Positions 52,046 through 64,000 of a stretch of DNA of 64,000 bases are shown here, one piece after another. This DNA is from Chiloscyllium plagiosum (lineage: Eukaryota), in the NCBI RefSeq assembly GCF_004010195.1, contig NC_057718.1, positions 45,300,717 through 45,364,716 on the forward strand. Direction: 5' to 3'. A program made the position numbers and the translations under genes. Position 1 is the stretch's first letter, and each line of letters starts with the position of its first letter. The notes below the pieces were generated by a model. That model saw only the letters and a program-made list of their open reading frames with translations. It had not been told where the DNA came from and made no database searches.

Positions 52046-55000
52046 GATTCTCCTGCTCCTTGGATGCTGCCTGACCTGCTGTGCTTTTCCAGCAACACAT
52101 TTTCAACATGTGTTTCAAGCCAATGTGTGACAGCAACTCCAGTACAGAGGTTTCTCTGTTTGAAGTGTGTTCTGATAGCACATTTTTGTTTTAGAATGAT
52201 TTTTAAATTTCCATGATTACTGTGCATAGTTAACCTGTTTTCATTTAAACACTCGTTGCTACTTCACATTGCTTCTATCAACCCCCTCCTCTCCCTCTCT
52301 TAATCCCTTTCGTCTCTTTTCCCCTCTCCCAACTCCCTCTCACTTGCTTTTTTATCTGCATTGCTACTTCTCACTTGCCTCTTCTCTTCACCCCCCCCCA
52401 CCCCCACGCCATAAAGCCTAATTTCTTGCTGCTTGTTTCTCCCTACTCCTGACTTCCCCCTTCCTACTCGCTGTTGAGGATAGAGGCATTTGTCTTAGCA
52501 TCATGTTTTCCTGTGTGTTAGCAATAAGTGCAGTTTGCATGACATGTAAGGCATAATTAGTAAGGACTATTAGTAGCTCTATAGAAAATAGCTGCTTCCT
52601 GTGAAGGTTGGTGTAAAATTCCCTAACTCCAAAAGACTCTGACGTCCACAGATTGTGTGTGGAGCAAATGCAAGTTCAACATTCACTCTTTTAAAACCAT
52701 TATTTTAAAAGGCAACAAGTAGAAAAAGGCTTATTTAGATGAATGAGAAGCTTTTTTTGGTGGAGTCAGAGTCAGACAGCCAATCGGTTTTTAATGTAAA
52801 AACTATAGGTCAGCATGGTAACCCATCCTCCTTGTATGTGTTTTATTGGGGGAGGTGCTATGATTTTTCTACAGCGCATTTCCATTCAGCATGGTGCTAT
52901 TTAGGAATACATTAGCTCTCCTGAACAAGGGACAATTAACACCAAAGGAGGACAGGATTGTGTTTAAAGTGTTTGCTGAAAGAGTGAGAAAAAAATTGTT
53001 AACCAAAAATCTTGGTATCCAGCAAAGAATGGTAGTTATAACAAAAACTATTTGTGCCCTAAAAAACATGAGCATTCTCAAGATTTTCATTCTGAACTTG
53101 GCATAATTTGTGAAGAGAAACTTTTTTTCCATCTTCAAGAAATGAATAACATTTGTAATTTCTCTGGCAAAGACATTGGCTACAATAACCTCATCATTCT
53201 GACCAAAGAGGATAGTGTCGATACAATGAATAATTCTTGGTGCAAAGGTGAAATTCCGAAGGAGAGGGAAGTCAAGAATAATCATTGAGAACAATTGTAT
53301 AAGTGATTTTGGCAAGTAGCCATATTCAAAACTTTGATCTCTGCTTATTTAGGGGTTCCACAAATTTGCTGTTGTGTTTTATCAAAAACAGCATTCAATC
53401 CCTTGAGGGAAGAATTACCACAGGGATCCTGTAATTTTAAGGTGGACATTGATAACATGAAAAAAATGTCTTATTCATTGTAATTTGTAACAACTTTTAA
53501 TAAAGCTCTACTTTTCCTTTTCAAAATAAAATCAATACACTTACCAACGCCTGGCCCAGCCTCATTGTTTTCATGTGTCAAAAAATAAAATTTCTGCATT
53601 TTCAACCTTATGGTCTTCAAATGATTACAGTTAAATTAAGCTGACTATTGTTCCCTTCCTTTCCCTTGATTAAGAGCTCATTATGTGAGAACAAAAAGCA
53701 GATTATTTGATATAATTCATTTAAGAAGAGAGAAGCTTTATTCTACACATTAAAGTTAGGTTTGTGGCACCAAATGTTTCACCAAAAGGTGGGTGCATAA
53801 GTCAATACCCTGCTATTTTCAAGGGGTTGACATCTACATTTTCCCATCATCTTATTACCTAACTGTTTATGGTGGTACATCAGCTGGCTGTGAAGATGGC
53901 AGTTTGGGGATTTAGTTTTCGCTAACACTGTCCCCAAAACTAGCTTTGCATCATGGTCAGTTTGACAAGATTTGTTAGTAAACTTTGTCTTTTTGACCAT
54001 GGGTCAGTTATCAACAATTTGGACAAGGGAGAGGAATCTCACCACAGTCTGCTTCATTGTGCTGGATTAGTTGATAATGCATTCTTCCATATTTCAATAT
54101 TTGATAGAATAATTTTCTTGTCTTTAGTTTAAAAAAGTCAACTTCAAGAAATTAATCAGCAGGCAGTTTATAAACTGTTGGTCTGCCAAAGCTTCAACTA
54201 TCTTGACTCTATGAAAATTAATTTCACTCTGAATGCAGTTGTCTAATAGTGATCCATAGCATAACTGAGAGGTAAATGTTAGCTTACAGTATATTATGAA
54301 TACATCCTTCTCTCACCTGTGCTTATGATAATGGCTCGCACTGTAACAATACTATTTGTGTAATTTCATTAATTAATCCTTCTTATTACACGGTAGCAAA
54401 TCTTGGATTCCTTGTACTGCAGTTGGTTCATCAATGGTCTAAAAAACTTGAACACCATCTAGGAATGCATTTGCCACCATATTATTGCAATGTGGATGCC
54501 CAATTTATATGCAAATTCGAATCATCACTGTAGTAGCTTTATTACCTGCAAATCTAATTTTGCATTTTCTGCCATTCTCCACACTAGCAAGAGACAAATA
54601 CTCATTAATATTTTCGGCACCTTATAATTTCTTGCATTCACTCACTGATTCTATATCTGGGCTTTCCAAACCAATACCCTTTCTCATTATTGCACTGATG
54701 TCATCTTTACTAACAATGATATGCCTCCTTCCTAAACATTCAGTACCCTTAAATCCAGTCCTATTGGTCACCATACGGTACTGAGTAACCCAATGATCAA
54801 TACGTCCAGTTCTTGCTTTTAAATTTATTTGCTAGTTCCTGTATTGTGTACACAGGATTTCATCCCTCTTTTTACTCATGTTACTGTGTCTGACATGGAT
54901 CATGACCTCTAACTATTTGCTCTTCTCCTTCATAATGTCCTGCAACTGCTTAGTGATGTGCTTGAGCCTGGAACATGGAAAGCAACATATCAAGCTGGCC

Positions 55001-56737
55001 TTAAGCAGCTGCAGAAACAGCTAGCTTTTCTCCTTACAGGAGAATATACTACTGTTTTTCCACATGCTTCCCCCCCACCACCCTGCCAACCATTTTCTTC
55101 AGTTTGTAAAGCCTGTCTGCATAAGTGAACTATTGCAATGTAGGGCATGAGATATGAACTTTGTATTCACATGCAGTTTCATACATTTATTTAGCAAACA
55201 ATTCAGTGTTAATCATAAAGGCATTAGAAATGATATATCACAAACAGCTGTGTGCACTGCTACCTTTGCAGCATCTGCTTGACAAGGTCCATGGATATGA
55301 CTGAAGTAAGATATAAGCCAGGTACCAGGATGATTACATCTGACATGCTATGAAGATTATGCAACCCTCTCAAAGCCCAAGATATTTCTCTTGATAGACA
55401 TGCCGTGGTCTTTGTATTTGCTGTTGGCCCTCACCCCTGAATCTGTATTATCTTTTACATTACCCTTACTCCAAAAACCATATTGTTTAAGCATTTTCTG
55501 CTGGGATGAGTTAATAACTTATTTGCAATGTTTTTAGGAAGATATTTTTCAGTTGTATAAAAAATAAGGCATCATTGTTATTAAAGGGAAAAATACAGTA
55601 GTTTTCTGTTTATTTCTGTTGATACAATTTTTTTTAAACTAAATTATCTTTTACATTGAGAGCAGATCTCTGCATGTCCCTATTTCATTTAGTGTCAAAG
55701 TAGTGATCAGGAGCTGGACGTTTATTATAGAAGTGGGTAGTAGGAGTTCAGAAATTTCCCGGCTTGATGCTCCCATCTTGGGAGCAGGACTTTTCTTCCA
55801 GGAATTCAAGTGATAATCAGAGTTGGGCCCAATCCCCTAGAAAGTGTTCATATACTTGGTATTCTAAGATTTTGTCCCAGTTGGAATATGGTAATTAAAC
55901 ACACAACAGCATCTAGCTCTTACACCTTCCCCACAGAGTCCCTTTACCAACTCATGAAACCCACTGTGTTTAATGAGGTTTAGTTGAGAGGCCAGACCTC
56001 CATTAGTCTGTTAAAATCAGTTCTATTTAAATTCTGCACCCATAGGAAAATGCTGTTCATTGACAATTCCTGTTAATTGCACATTATTTATTTTCAAAAG
56101 GTAGACACCTATTGAGTATCACTAGATTTGCTATTGAGACTTCACTAAAGGTCCAGATGATTGACATGTTTTTAGGGATCTAGGAGAAGCAGTTTTTTCC
56201 GGAAGGAAATAAAACAAAGTAATGACTGATTTGAAATTTTCCCATACATGTAGTTGATTTGATAAGACTAATTGTTTCTGTAAACTGCTTAATGGACATG
56301 GAAGTGCATTGACATGGAGGATGTGGGTGGACAATAACTGATGGGTGGAGGTACAAAGATGTCATGTGTAAGACCTTTAAAGAACATCCCTTTCCAATGG
56401 TTCCCTCAGCCATGACATCAGAGGTCCACTGAACCACAATTCTTTGAGAAGCTGGCCCTGTTGTACATTCATTATGAAGAGTTTGCCTTTAAGGACATTG
56501 GGCATACCATGTTGAACATCTTCCTGGCAATTAGTCTGACTTGCGTTTACAAGTTGCTCATACATTATCAGTTGCTTTGCTGGAATAGTTGCTTCAGAGC
56601 TTGCAATGTGTTTTATTGTTTCAAATGAATTAGACCATAGATATAACCCCTAATGAGTGGTTGAGTTATTAGACCATTTTTATTAACACATACAATGAAC
56701 AGTGGTGGGAACCTTCATGCTGGTGAGGCCTATTATA

Positions 56738-57091
56738 GTTAGAATTCCTACATTGTGGAAACAGACCCTTTGGCCCAACAAGTCCACAACAACCCTCCAA
56801 AGAGTAACCCACCCAGACCCATTCCCTTACATTTATCCCTGACTAATGCACCCAGCCTACACATCCCTGAACACTATGGGCAATTTAGCACAGGCACTCT
56901 AAATCTAAATTTAATTCACCTATCGTGCACATCTTTGAATTGTGGGAGGAAACCGGAGCACCCGGAGGAAGCCCATGCAGACACTGGGAGAATGTGCAAG
57001 CTCCACACGTACAGTCACCCGAAGGTGGGATTGAACCTGGGCCCCGGTGCTGTGAGGTAGCAGTGCTAACCACTGAGCCATCGTGCCACCC
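56738..57091 (-). mobile_element. HE1/V-type SINE
   Basis: Full-length reverse-complement copy. Confidence 0.9.
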
Positions 57092-58142
57092 TCCATGGTC
57101 GAGTTATTAGAATGAAGAGTCATTATTGTGAATGAAAAGTCAGAATAAGTAATTTGCAAGTGAAATACTTGATTGACAGTCTTAAACTGTGCTAAACTAT
57201 ATGGAACAATACTGGATATCTTTGTTCCTTGTAGAGAGTATTGAAAACGCAGCTCACTGGTAAGCTGACAGTTCCCTATTGAGAGACCAGATGAATTCAC
57301 TTGAAAAAGGCAACTGATGAGGTTTTGTGCTAGATTGGTAGTAGTCAAGGAAAGATCAAAAACGTATTGTCAAAATGTCCATAACATTCCCTTGTTTAAA
57401 TTGGGACACAGAATACTTCCCAACAGAATGTGGTATGGTTAAACAGCCTTAAAAACTATGTTTTTTTTTTAGATTCAGGTCTGTCCAATACAGAAAAGCA
57501 AGCCATTAAGATTTTCTTAGCAGTTGGGAACAAAGGTCTATACAGACTCATGCCAACATTAACAGTCAAAAAGAGCTGAAATGCCTCTAAAATTAGAAGA
57601 TTAATCCAGAGTCAGATTAAACTTTTATTTTCATTAACCAGAATTCATGTAATTTTGATAGAAGCCTACAGAATATGTATATCACTTCATTAGCTGATGC
57701 ACAGAAAGAGGCTGATTGTTATTTTTCAGTTGGGAAACAAGCAAACAGAATTATTGGGTTGATAATTGTATGTACATTCATGGAAGCTTTACGGTAAAAT
57801 TTTCTAAACAAACCAAGGACTTCTAGCAGTGAAGAGCTAGTGAATGAATGTAAGTATAAAGTAATCTTTGCAGATTGACTAAGCTTGGAGATCCTGATTC
57901 AAAAGTTGACGCAATCACTAGAACTCCCAAATCTAGCAAGACAAGTGGAAGTTGCAGCCTTTTGCACGCATAGGAAATGCCAACTTTCAAACAATTTTGT
58001 ATGGCTTTGGCAGAGGCGATGCACTAAGAGCAAAGATTGATAATGCTACAAATACTTGTATGTTGACCGAAACAAATGGTGTGCAATCAGTATCTTCAAT
58101 CTACAGTAAAGATATCCCACTCAGGAGGAATACATAAATGCC

Positions 58143-58348
58143 CTCCTGATGAAGGGCTTTTGCCAAAAACATCGATTTACCTGCTCCTTGGATGCTGCCT
58201 GACCTGCTGTGCTTTTCCAGCACCACTCTAATCTCCAGCATCTGCAGTACCCACTTTCACTTAGTTGATTTTAACTTTACTGCAAAACCTCTTCCAAGGA
58301 TGCCTACCTTGAAGAAGTTCTCCTCCTCTTTCTACAATGATCTCATTG

Positions 58349-58393
<45 letters not shown>

Positions 58394-58398
58394 CTCTC

Positions 58399-58430
<32 letters not shown>

Positions 58431-58580
58431 ACACTGCAACCCCCAGGACATCTTCTCTGCTCTAAGCTGACCAACCACATCCTGAAGCACACTAGCTACA
58501 ACAGCCACACCTCCCTCCTCAGTGCCTGCCTACAGAATGGACTGATCCCACATGGGGTCTGGACTACATTCAGACAGTGC
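58143..58580 (+). mobile_element. PLE pseudo-LTR followed by the start of a PLE ORF
   Basis: Family A repeat, then MPTLKKFSSS...SHTSLLSACLQNGLIPHG (resembles the PLE N-terminal H..FL..C....LIP.G pattern). Confidence 0.7.
58350..58430. repeat. Compound (TC)n(TG)n(TCTG)n microsatellite
   Basis: Directly visible. Confidence 0.95.
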
Positions 58581-58599
58581 ATTCCAGGCAACTACCCCA

Positions 58600-59660
58600 A
58601 CCCTCTCAGTGCGGGGGGATAAAACGTTCCTTGCACATCTATTTTAACATTTTTTTTCTCCTCTCGTTTTAGACCTGTGCCCCCTAGTATTTGACATTTC
58701 TACCCTGGCAAAAAAACACAAACTATCCACCCTGTCTATGCCTCTCATAATTTTATATAACTATATCAGGCTCTGATGCTCTAGCAGAAACAATCCAAGT
58801 TTGTCCAAGCTCTCCTTATAGCAAATGAACTTTAATCCAGGCAACATCCTCATAAGCATTTTTTTGCACCCTCTCCAATGCCTCCATATCTTTCATATAG
58901 TGCGGTAACCAGAACTGTGTACATACTCAAATTGTGGTCTAAGTAAAATTTTATAAAGCTGCAACATGACTTGGCAACTTCTATACTCAGTACTGCGCAT
59001 GATGAAGACAAGCATGCTTTGTTTTCTTTACCACCTTATCTGCTTGAGTTGTCACGTTCAGGGTGCTATGAACTTGCCCCATAAAAATCCCTCTAAATAT
59101 CAATATTCCAGAGGGTACTGTCATTTACTGTATATATTTCACTTGTATTTGACCTTCCAAAATGCATCACTTTATACTTATCCAGATAAACTCCATCTGC
59201 CATTTCTTCACCCAACTTTCCAACTGATCTATATCTTGCTGTAATCATCTTCACTATCCACAACTCCTCCAACTTTCGTCGATTCTGCAAACTTATTAAT
59301 CAGACTATCTACATTTTCATTCAAATCATTTATATATATTCTAAGCAACAGAGGTTCCATCTCTGATCTTTGCATAACACCACTGATCTCAGATCTCTAA
59401 TCAGAAAATGTCCTTCTGCAACTAACCGCTGTCTCCAATGACCAAGCCAATTTTGTATCCAACTTATCAACTCACTGTGGATCCTATGGTGACTTAATTT
59501 TCTGAACCAGCCTACCATGAGGGACCTTGTTATATGTTTTGTAAAGTCCATGTAGACACTTCCCTCACTAATCATCTTCGCCACATCCTCAAAAACCGCT
59601 CAAATTTATGAGATAAGACCTCCCCCACAACAATCCCTAATAATTTTTTTTTCCCAAATG
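58600..59660 (-). mobile_element. Degraded CR1 RT C-terminal region
   Basis: Antisense VYMDFTK, ISWIQNWLGHWRQR, DKYKVMHFGRSN. Confidence 0.85.
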
Positions 59661-59674
59661 TGACTAAATTTATG

Positions 59675-59940
59675 AAATAGGAGCAGAAATAGATAATTTG
59701 GCCCCTAGTCTGCTCTGCCATTTGGAAAGATCATACTGATCTATTTGTGTTTCAAATTCCACATCCTCATCTACCTTTGATTACCCTTGATTTTCCATGC
59801 TTGTAAAATTCAATCAAATCACCTGCACTCTTGTAAACTCCAGTAGAGATGAGCCATCCATGTGTAATCTATCCTAATAAAACAATCTGTTCATTCCATA
59901 TCTCAATCCAGTAAGTCTCCTCTGAACCACCTCCAATGTA
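59675..59940 (-). mobile_element. Older CR1 3' end
   Basis: GAAATAGGAGCAGAAATAG tail-like start, as in old CR1 copies. Confidence 0.55.
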
Positions 59941-60575
59941 CGTCTTATGATTCATCTCCATTCAGCTCCTAAATCTGAATGAAGAATTGAAAGAGCAAGA
60001 AAGGAAACAGGTTAGGCACCAAACTCTGTATCACTAATCCAATGAAAGGAATGTGAGATTATAGGATGGTCTGGAGCAACTTGCATGTGAAAAATCCAGC
60101 ACAGCAAAAGCAACTACAGTTCATGCTCAAAGGAATACTCAAGAAAATGTGAGACATGCAAAAACATGCATTAGCACAACACAAAAAATGTCAGTGCTTT
60201 CAGAAAAAAATGCTAATAATGTTACTCTAGTAAAAAAAACTGTAACAGAACTTGGAAGAAACCAAACAAGCAGGGGAACAGCGAGTGGAAGAGGTTTGGT
60301 CTTCAAGGAATTCAAAAAAAAAGTTGGAGAGACTGACAGTTATTAAGGCTGGTTCTGAAAGAGCAAATATACTAGTCCACCAGAGAGCTAAAGTTTGATA
60401 GAATTTGAAGAAACCAGGCTACAAAACCAGAAACTTCAAAATGAACTGGAAGCTTTCAAGGGACAAGACAGTAAATGCCATTAACGTTTGCTTCCATTTG
60501 TAAAAGAAGAACAGTCTGTGACTAATCTGAAACCAAAACTGGCTGTGGTGCATCAGGAGAAACAAATTCTGGAAA

Positions 60576-61286
60576 TCGCACAGCACCAGGTTATAGTCCA
60601 ACAGGTTTACTTGGAAGCACTAGTTTTTGGAGCGCCGCTCCTTCTTCAGGTTATTGTAGAGTAGGACCATAAGACATAGAATTTATAGCAAAAGCTTGCA
60701 GTGTCATGCAAGTAAAATGATATATTTAACAAACCTCGATTGTTGTTAAGTCTTTCATCTTTTGGAATGGATTACAGGTTTAGGTTCAATAATGTGTAAG
60801 TCCCAGAACTTCTTTTAAGTCACATTCTCAAGATAAGGTTTTATATTTTTAAAAAGTGACGTCTTAGCTCAGACAATGCCGTAACGGTGTGAGTCTGTCT
60901 GTATCCCAATCTTGACTCAGACTGGTTCTATTTCCAAAGTGGAAATCACAAAATATTATATGGATTAACTGTTTGCACTGACTACCTACCAATTGTGTAT
61001 TTTTTGAGCAAAGTAGAATGTATCTGTAAATATAATTCAGCAAATACAGATTCTAAAAAATGAAAGGCTTAACAACAATCGAGGTTTGTTAAATATATCA
61101 TTTTACTTGCATGACACTGTAATCTTTTGCCATAAATTCTGTGTCTTATGGTCCTACTCCACAACCACCTGATGAAGGAGCAGCAGTCTGAAAGCTAGTG
61201 CTTTCAAATAAACCTGTTGGACTATAACCTGGTGTTGTGTGATTTTTAACTTTGTCTACCCCAGTCCAACACTGGCTCCTCCATAT
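60576..61286. mobile_element. Palindromic PLE terminal-repeat insertion (family C) with 13-bp TSD
   Basis: Inverted arms of about 190 bp; CAAATTCTGGAAA at 60563-60575 and 61287-61299. Confidence 0.88.
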
Positions 61287-62740
61287 CAAATTCTGGAAAG
61301 CAATTGCAATCCATTGGTTGGGGGGTGGAACTTGACAACAAAGTGATCATCACGAGAGCTGCTCACGAGCAAATCACGCACATTTTGTAAAGACTCATAG
61401 GTTCTCTTATAAAAAGTTAGACATTTCCTTTTGGAAAGGAAGGGATGCTGTGTGTGTACCGTTCTTTTTCCTTTAAAAAGAGCTTATCTTGAAGGACTTC
61501 ATGTTTATGTGTATGCAATGTTGAGATTGTTGCTGACAGTCTAACTTTGAGTTTGCAGCTGCTAAAAAGAAATCAGTTGATTTACCTCAATGTCTGGTTC
61601 ATAACTTGTATTGTGCTTTGCTGTTTTCACAAAACTAGCCCAGGGAATTAATTGATCCTTGATAAGTGATTATTACATTACTATCATTAACATGACAGCC
61701 CCCTGCAATTTTCATGAATTTGGCACTAGCGGATGGCTTTTCTCTGCAGTGGAGCTACTCAGATCAGGAATGCAGGATGCAAACACATAACCCAACAAAG
61801 GAACTTAGTTCAAAAGTGAATCAGGTGGGGCTTCTAGCAAAATTTTAATATGAGAAAGATGTCAATTCATAAGATGTCAATCTACATATAAAACCGTTGT
61901 GTAACAACTAGATTTTGAAATTGTTGGGACATTATGTCAGCAGTGTAGAGGATGTCACACAGACAGAATCACTATAGTACCAGCCCTCACCTTCATCCCA
62001 CCTTGAATCCCAGATTCTACTCTGGGACTCCATTTATGGATCTGTGGAGTCTCACTAATTCTGCAAAAGTGTAGCCTGATATCTTTCATGGGAAACAAAG
62101 TTTTAATTTTTTTTTAAAATGGGTATTAAAGGCATTGACAACTGTTTCAGCATTGTTTTAATTTCTCGTCTTTCCCTTTCACCTTTTTTCTTCTACCTTT
62201 CAGTGAATTAATCCAGGTAACCTAAAAATGTGTGATTGCTGATCTACTTTTCAGCACCTAAATCAGGGAGCAGCTTTTTCCTTCAAATCTCACCTTCCTC
62301 CAGAGGTTTACTTGAAGGGTTAATTTTAAACTCAGACCCATTAGGTTAAATGTCATTGAAGCAAATAGGGAGGAGCATTGGGTCATTAACACAACAAAGC
62401 CAGTACCACAATGTCAATGGCACTGGATCAATCTTCATACATTTCCTCGGGGTCCTCCTTCCTTCCCCTGCCCTTCAAGCTATGTATAATCAATTGTGTA
62501 TGTCCCTCTCTCTAATGGAGAGGAATGCCTATGGTTATTTGTGGACTGTGGCTAATAATTTACCTAATCCTGTGTTTCAAAATGTTTAAAATGTTTTTAT
62601 TGTCCCATTGCACTCCACACAAGTCACACATGCAACTAACTCAGCTTCTCTTGAGATGTAAACAATTTGTCTGAAAAATTACTATTTGTTCATTATTTGG
62701 AGGTGCCAGTGTTGGACTGGGGTTGGCAAAGTTAAAAATC

Positions 62741-62860
62741 CAGGGCTTATGCCCGAAACGTCGATTCTCCTGTTCCCTGGATGCTGCCCGACCTGCTGCG
62801 CTTTTCCCGCAACACATTTTCAGCTCTGATCTCCAGCATCTGCAGACCTCACTTTCTCCT
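62741..62860 (+). mobile_element. Family A PLE end nested in the family C element, 14-bp TSD
   Basis: CAAAGTTAAAAATC at 62727-62740 and 62861-62874. Confidence 0.9.
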
Positions 62861-62913
62861 CAAAGTTAAAAATCACACAACACCGGGTTATAGTCCAATA
62901 GGTTTATTTGTGG

Positions 62914-62948
62914 CACTAGCTTTCGAAGCATTGCTCCTTCCTCAGGTG
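62914..62948 (-). ncRNA. Minimal type-I hammerhead ribozyme motif (family C PLE)
   Basis: Minus strand: CAC-CUGAGGA-A-GGAGC-AAU-GCUUC-GAAA-GC-UA-GUG. Confidence 0.7.
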
Positions 62949-64000
62949 GTTGTGAAGCAGGACCATAAGACATAGAATTTATAGTAAAAGATTACAGTGT
63001 CATGCAACTGAAATGATATGTTGAGCAAAACTAAATTCAGTCTTTCATCTTTTAGAATGGATTTGTTAGTTTTGGTTTTTTAATATTTAAATCCCAGAAC
63101 TTCTTTTACGTCGCATTCTCAAGATAGCTTTAAGTTTTATTACAAAAGATGTCATATCTCAGCTCAGACAATGCATTAAATGTGTGAGGTTAAAGTCTGC
63201 CTGTCTCCCAATCTTGATTCAGACTGGTTCTAAAGTGGAATTTTCACAATATTACATGGATTGACTGCCTGTAGGTTATGTATTTTTTGAGCAAAATAGG
63301 ATGTATATGCAAATATAATTCTGCAAATATAAATTCACCCCATAAACGTGTGTGTGTGTGCACAGGAGAGAGAGAGAGACAGAGTGAATGTGTGTGTGTG
63401 AATGTGAGTACATGTGAGAGAGTGTGTACTTGCGAGTGTGCAAGCTTGGCAAAGTATATGTATGCATGTGTTGAGGTATAAGCTTGTGAGAGGGTACGTG
63501 CATGGGTGAATGTGTGGGGACAATGGGCATCAACACAAAGTGGCCGAGCAGAGACTGATAGCCAAGTTTGGTACCCATGAGGATGGCCTCAAGCGGGTTC
63601 ATGTCACACTACAGGTGACCCCACTGCACTATTTCCCCTCTCCCTCTCTTCTCACTCTCTCTCCTCACTCTCTCACTTTCTCTCACACACACACTTACTT
63701 TCTCACACACTTGTGCAGATCCTCTCTCATATGTACACATGTACACCCCCATACTCACATCCACACAGGCACCTCTCTCAGGCTTATACCCCATCACATC
63801 CACACACATCCTTTACCAAGCTTGTACACATGAAGCATACTCTCACATGCACTCATGCGCACGCACACGTTTATGGGGTGAATTTATATTTGCAGAATTA
63901 TATTTGCGTATACATCCTATTTTGCTCAAAAAAATACATAACCTACAGGCAGTGAATCCATGTAATATTGTGTAAATTCCATTTTAGAACCAGTCTGAGT

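Larger units (their letters stand above)
49574..52104 (+). mobile_element. Penelope-like retroelement: inverted 3' copy, rearranged and inactivated RT, 3' pseudo-LTR; 15-bp TSD
   Basis: + strand RT: DKGGAVVVW, YLLPKIHKPDCPARPIVS, TMDIQSLYTSI, MGPRYACLF, LFLRYINDC, LPFLDVSI, with stops. Minus strand: GIY-YIG C-terminus FREHL...PVAQHFN...EERLIFRLGTLQP. Flanks AACATGTGTATCAAG (49559-49573) and AACATGTGTTTCAAG (52105-52119). Confidence 0.93.
62697..64000. mobile_element. Family C PLE: inverted pseudo-LTR joined to a sense ORF end and 3' region (runs off the window)
   Basis: 63535-63620 encodes HKVAEQRLIAKFGTHEDGL (PLE endonuclease C-terminus); about 63220-63510 is the inverted counterpart of about 63760-64000; similar to 60576-61286. 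Confidence 0.85.

Noticed and set aside
41329..64000. Next PTPN14 coding exon (expected THYFGLW...WVELEKPLKK-like)
   Set aside because: Not found by eye or in the ORF track; probably beyond the window, though I cannot exclude having missed it.
1..64000. CRISPR array or prokaryotic operon-like system
   Set aside because: The sequence is vertebrate intronic DNA; recurring short repeats are dispersed transposon ends, not regularly spaced arrays.

Overview
Vertebrate genomic DNA, almost certainly an elasmobranch (shark), inferred from HE1/V-type SINEs, CR1 LINEs, Deu-type SINEs, Tx1-like LINEs and many Penelope-like elements (PLEs). The only host coding sequence I can support is the first coding exon of PTPN14 (+ strand, exon about 41019-41328, CDS 41155-41328, FERM N-terminus). 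The rest is most simply read as very long flanking introns; I see no CpG-island promoter and could not find the next coding exon. There are three N gaps. The most interesting signals are retroelement biology. Three PLE terminal-repeat families carry minimal hammerhead-ribozyme cores with different stems around a conserved core. PLE-derived palindromic mini-insertions have 13-18 bp target-site duplications (TSDs), and one of them captured a copy of nearby genomic DNA. One PLE is scrambled by microhomology template switches, and one CR1 has twin-priming-like 5' inversion geometry. I do not see a new protein-coding system. Family names come from recognition of sequence motifs, not database searches, and boundaries of old repeats are approximate.
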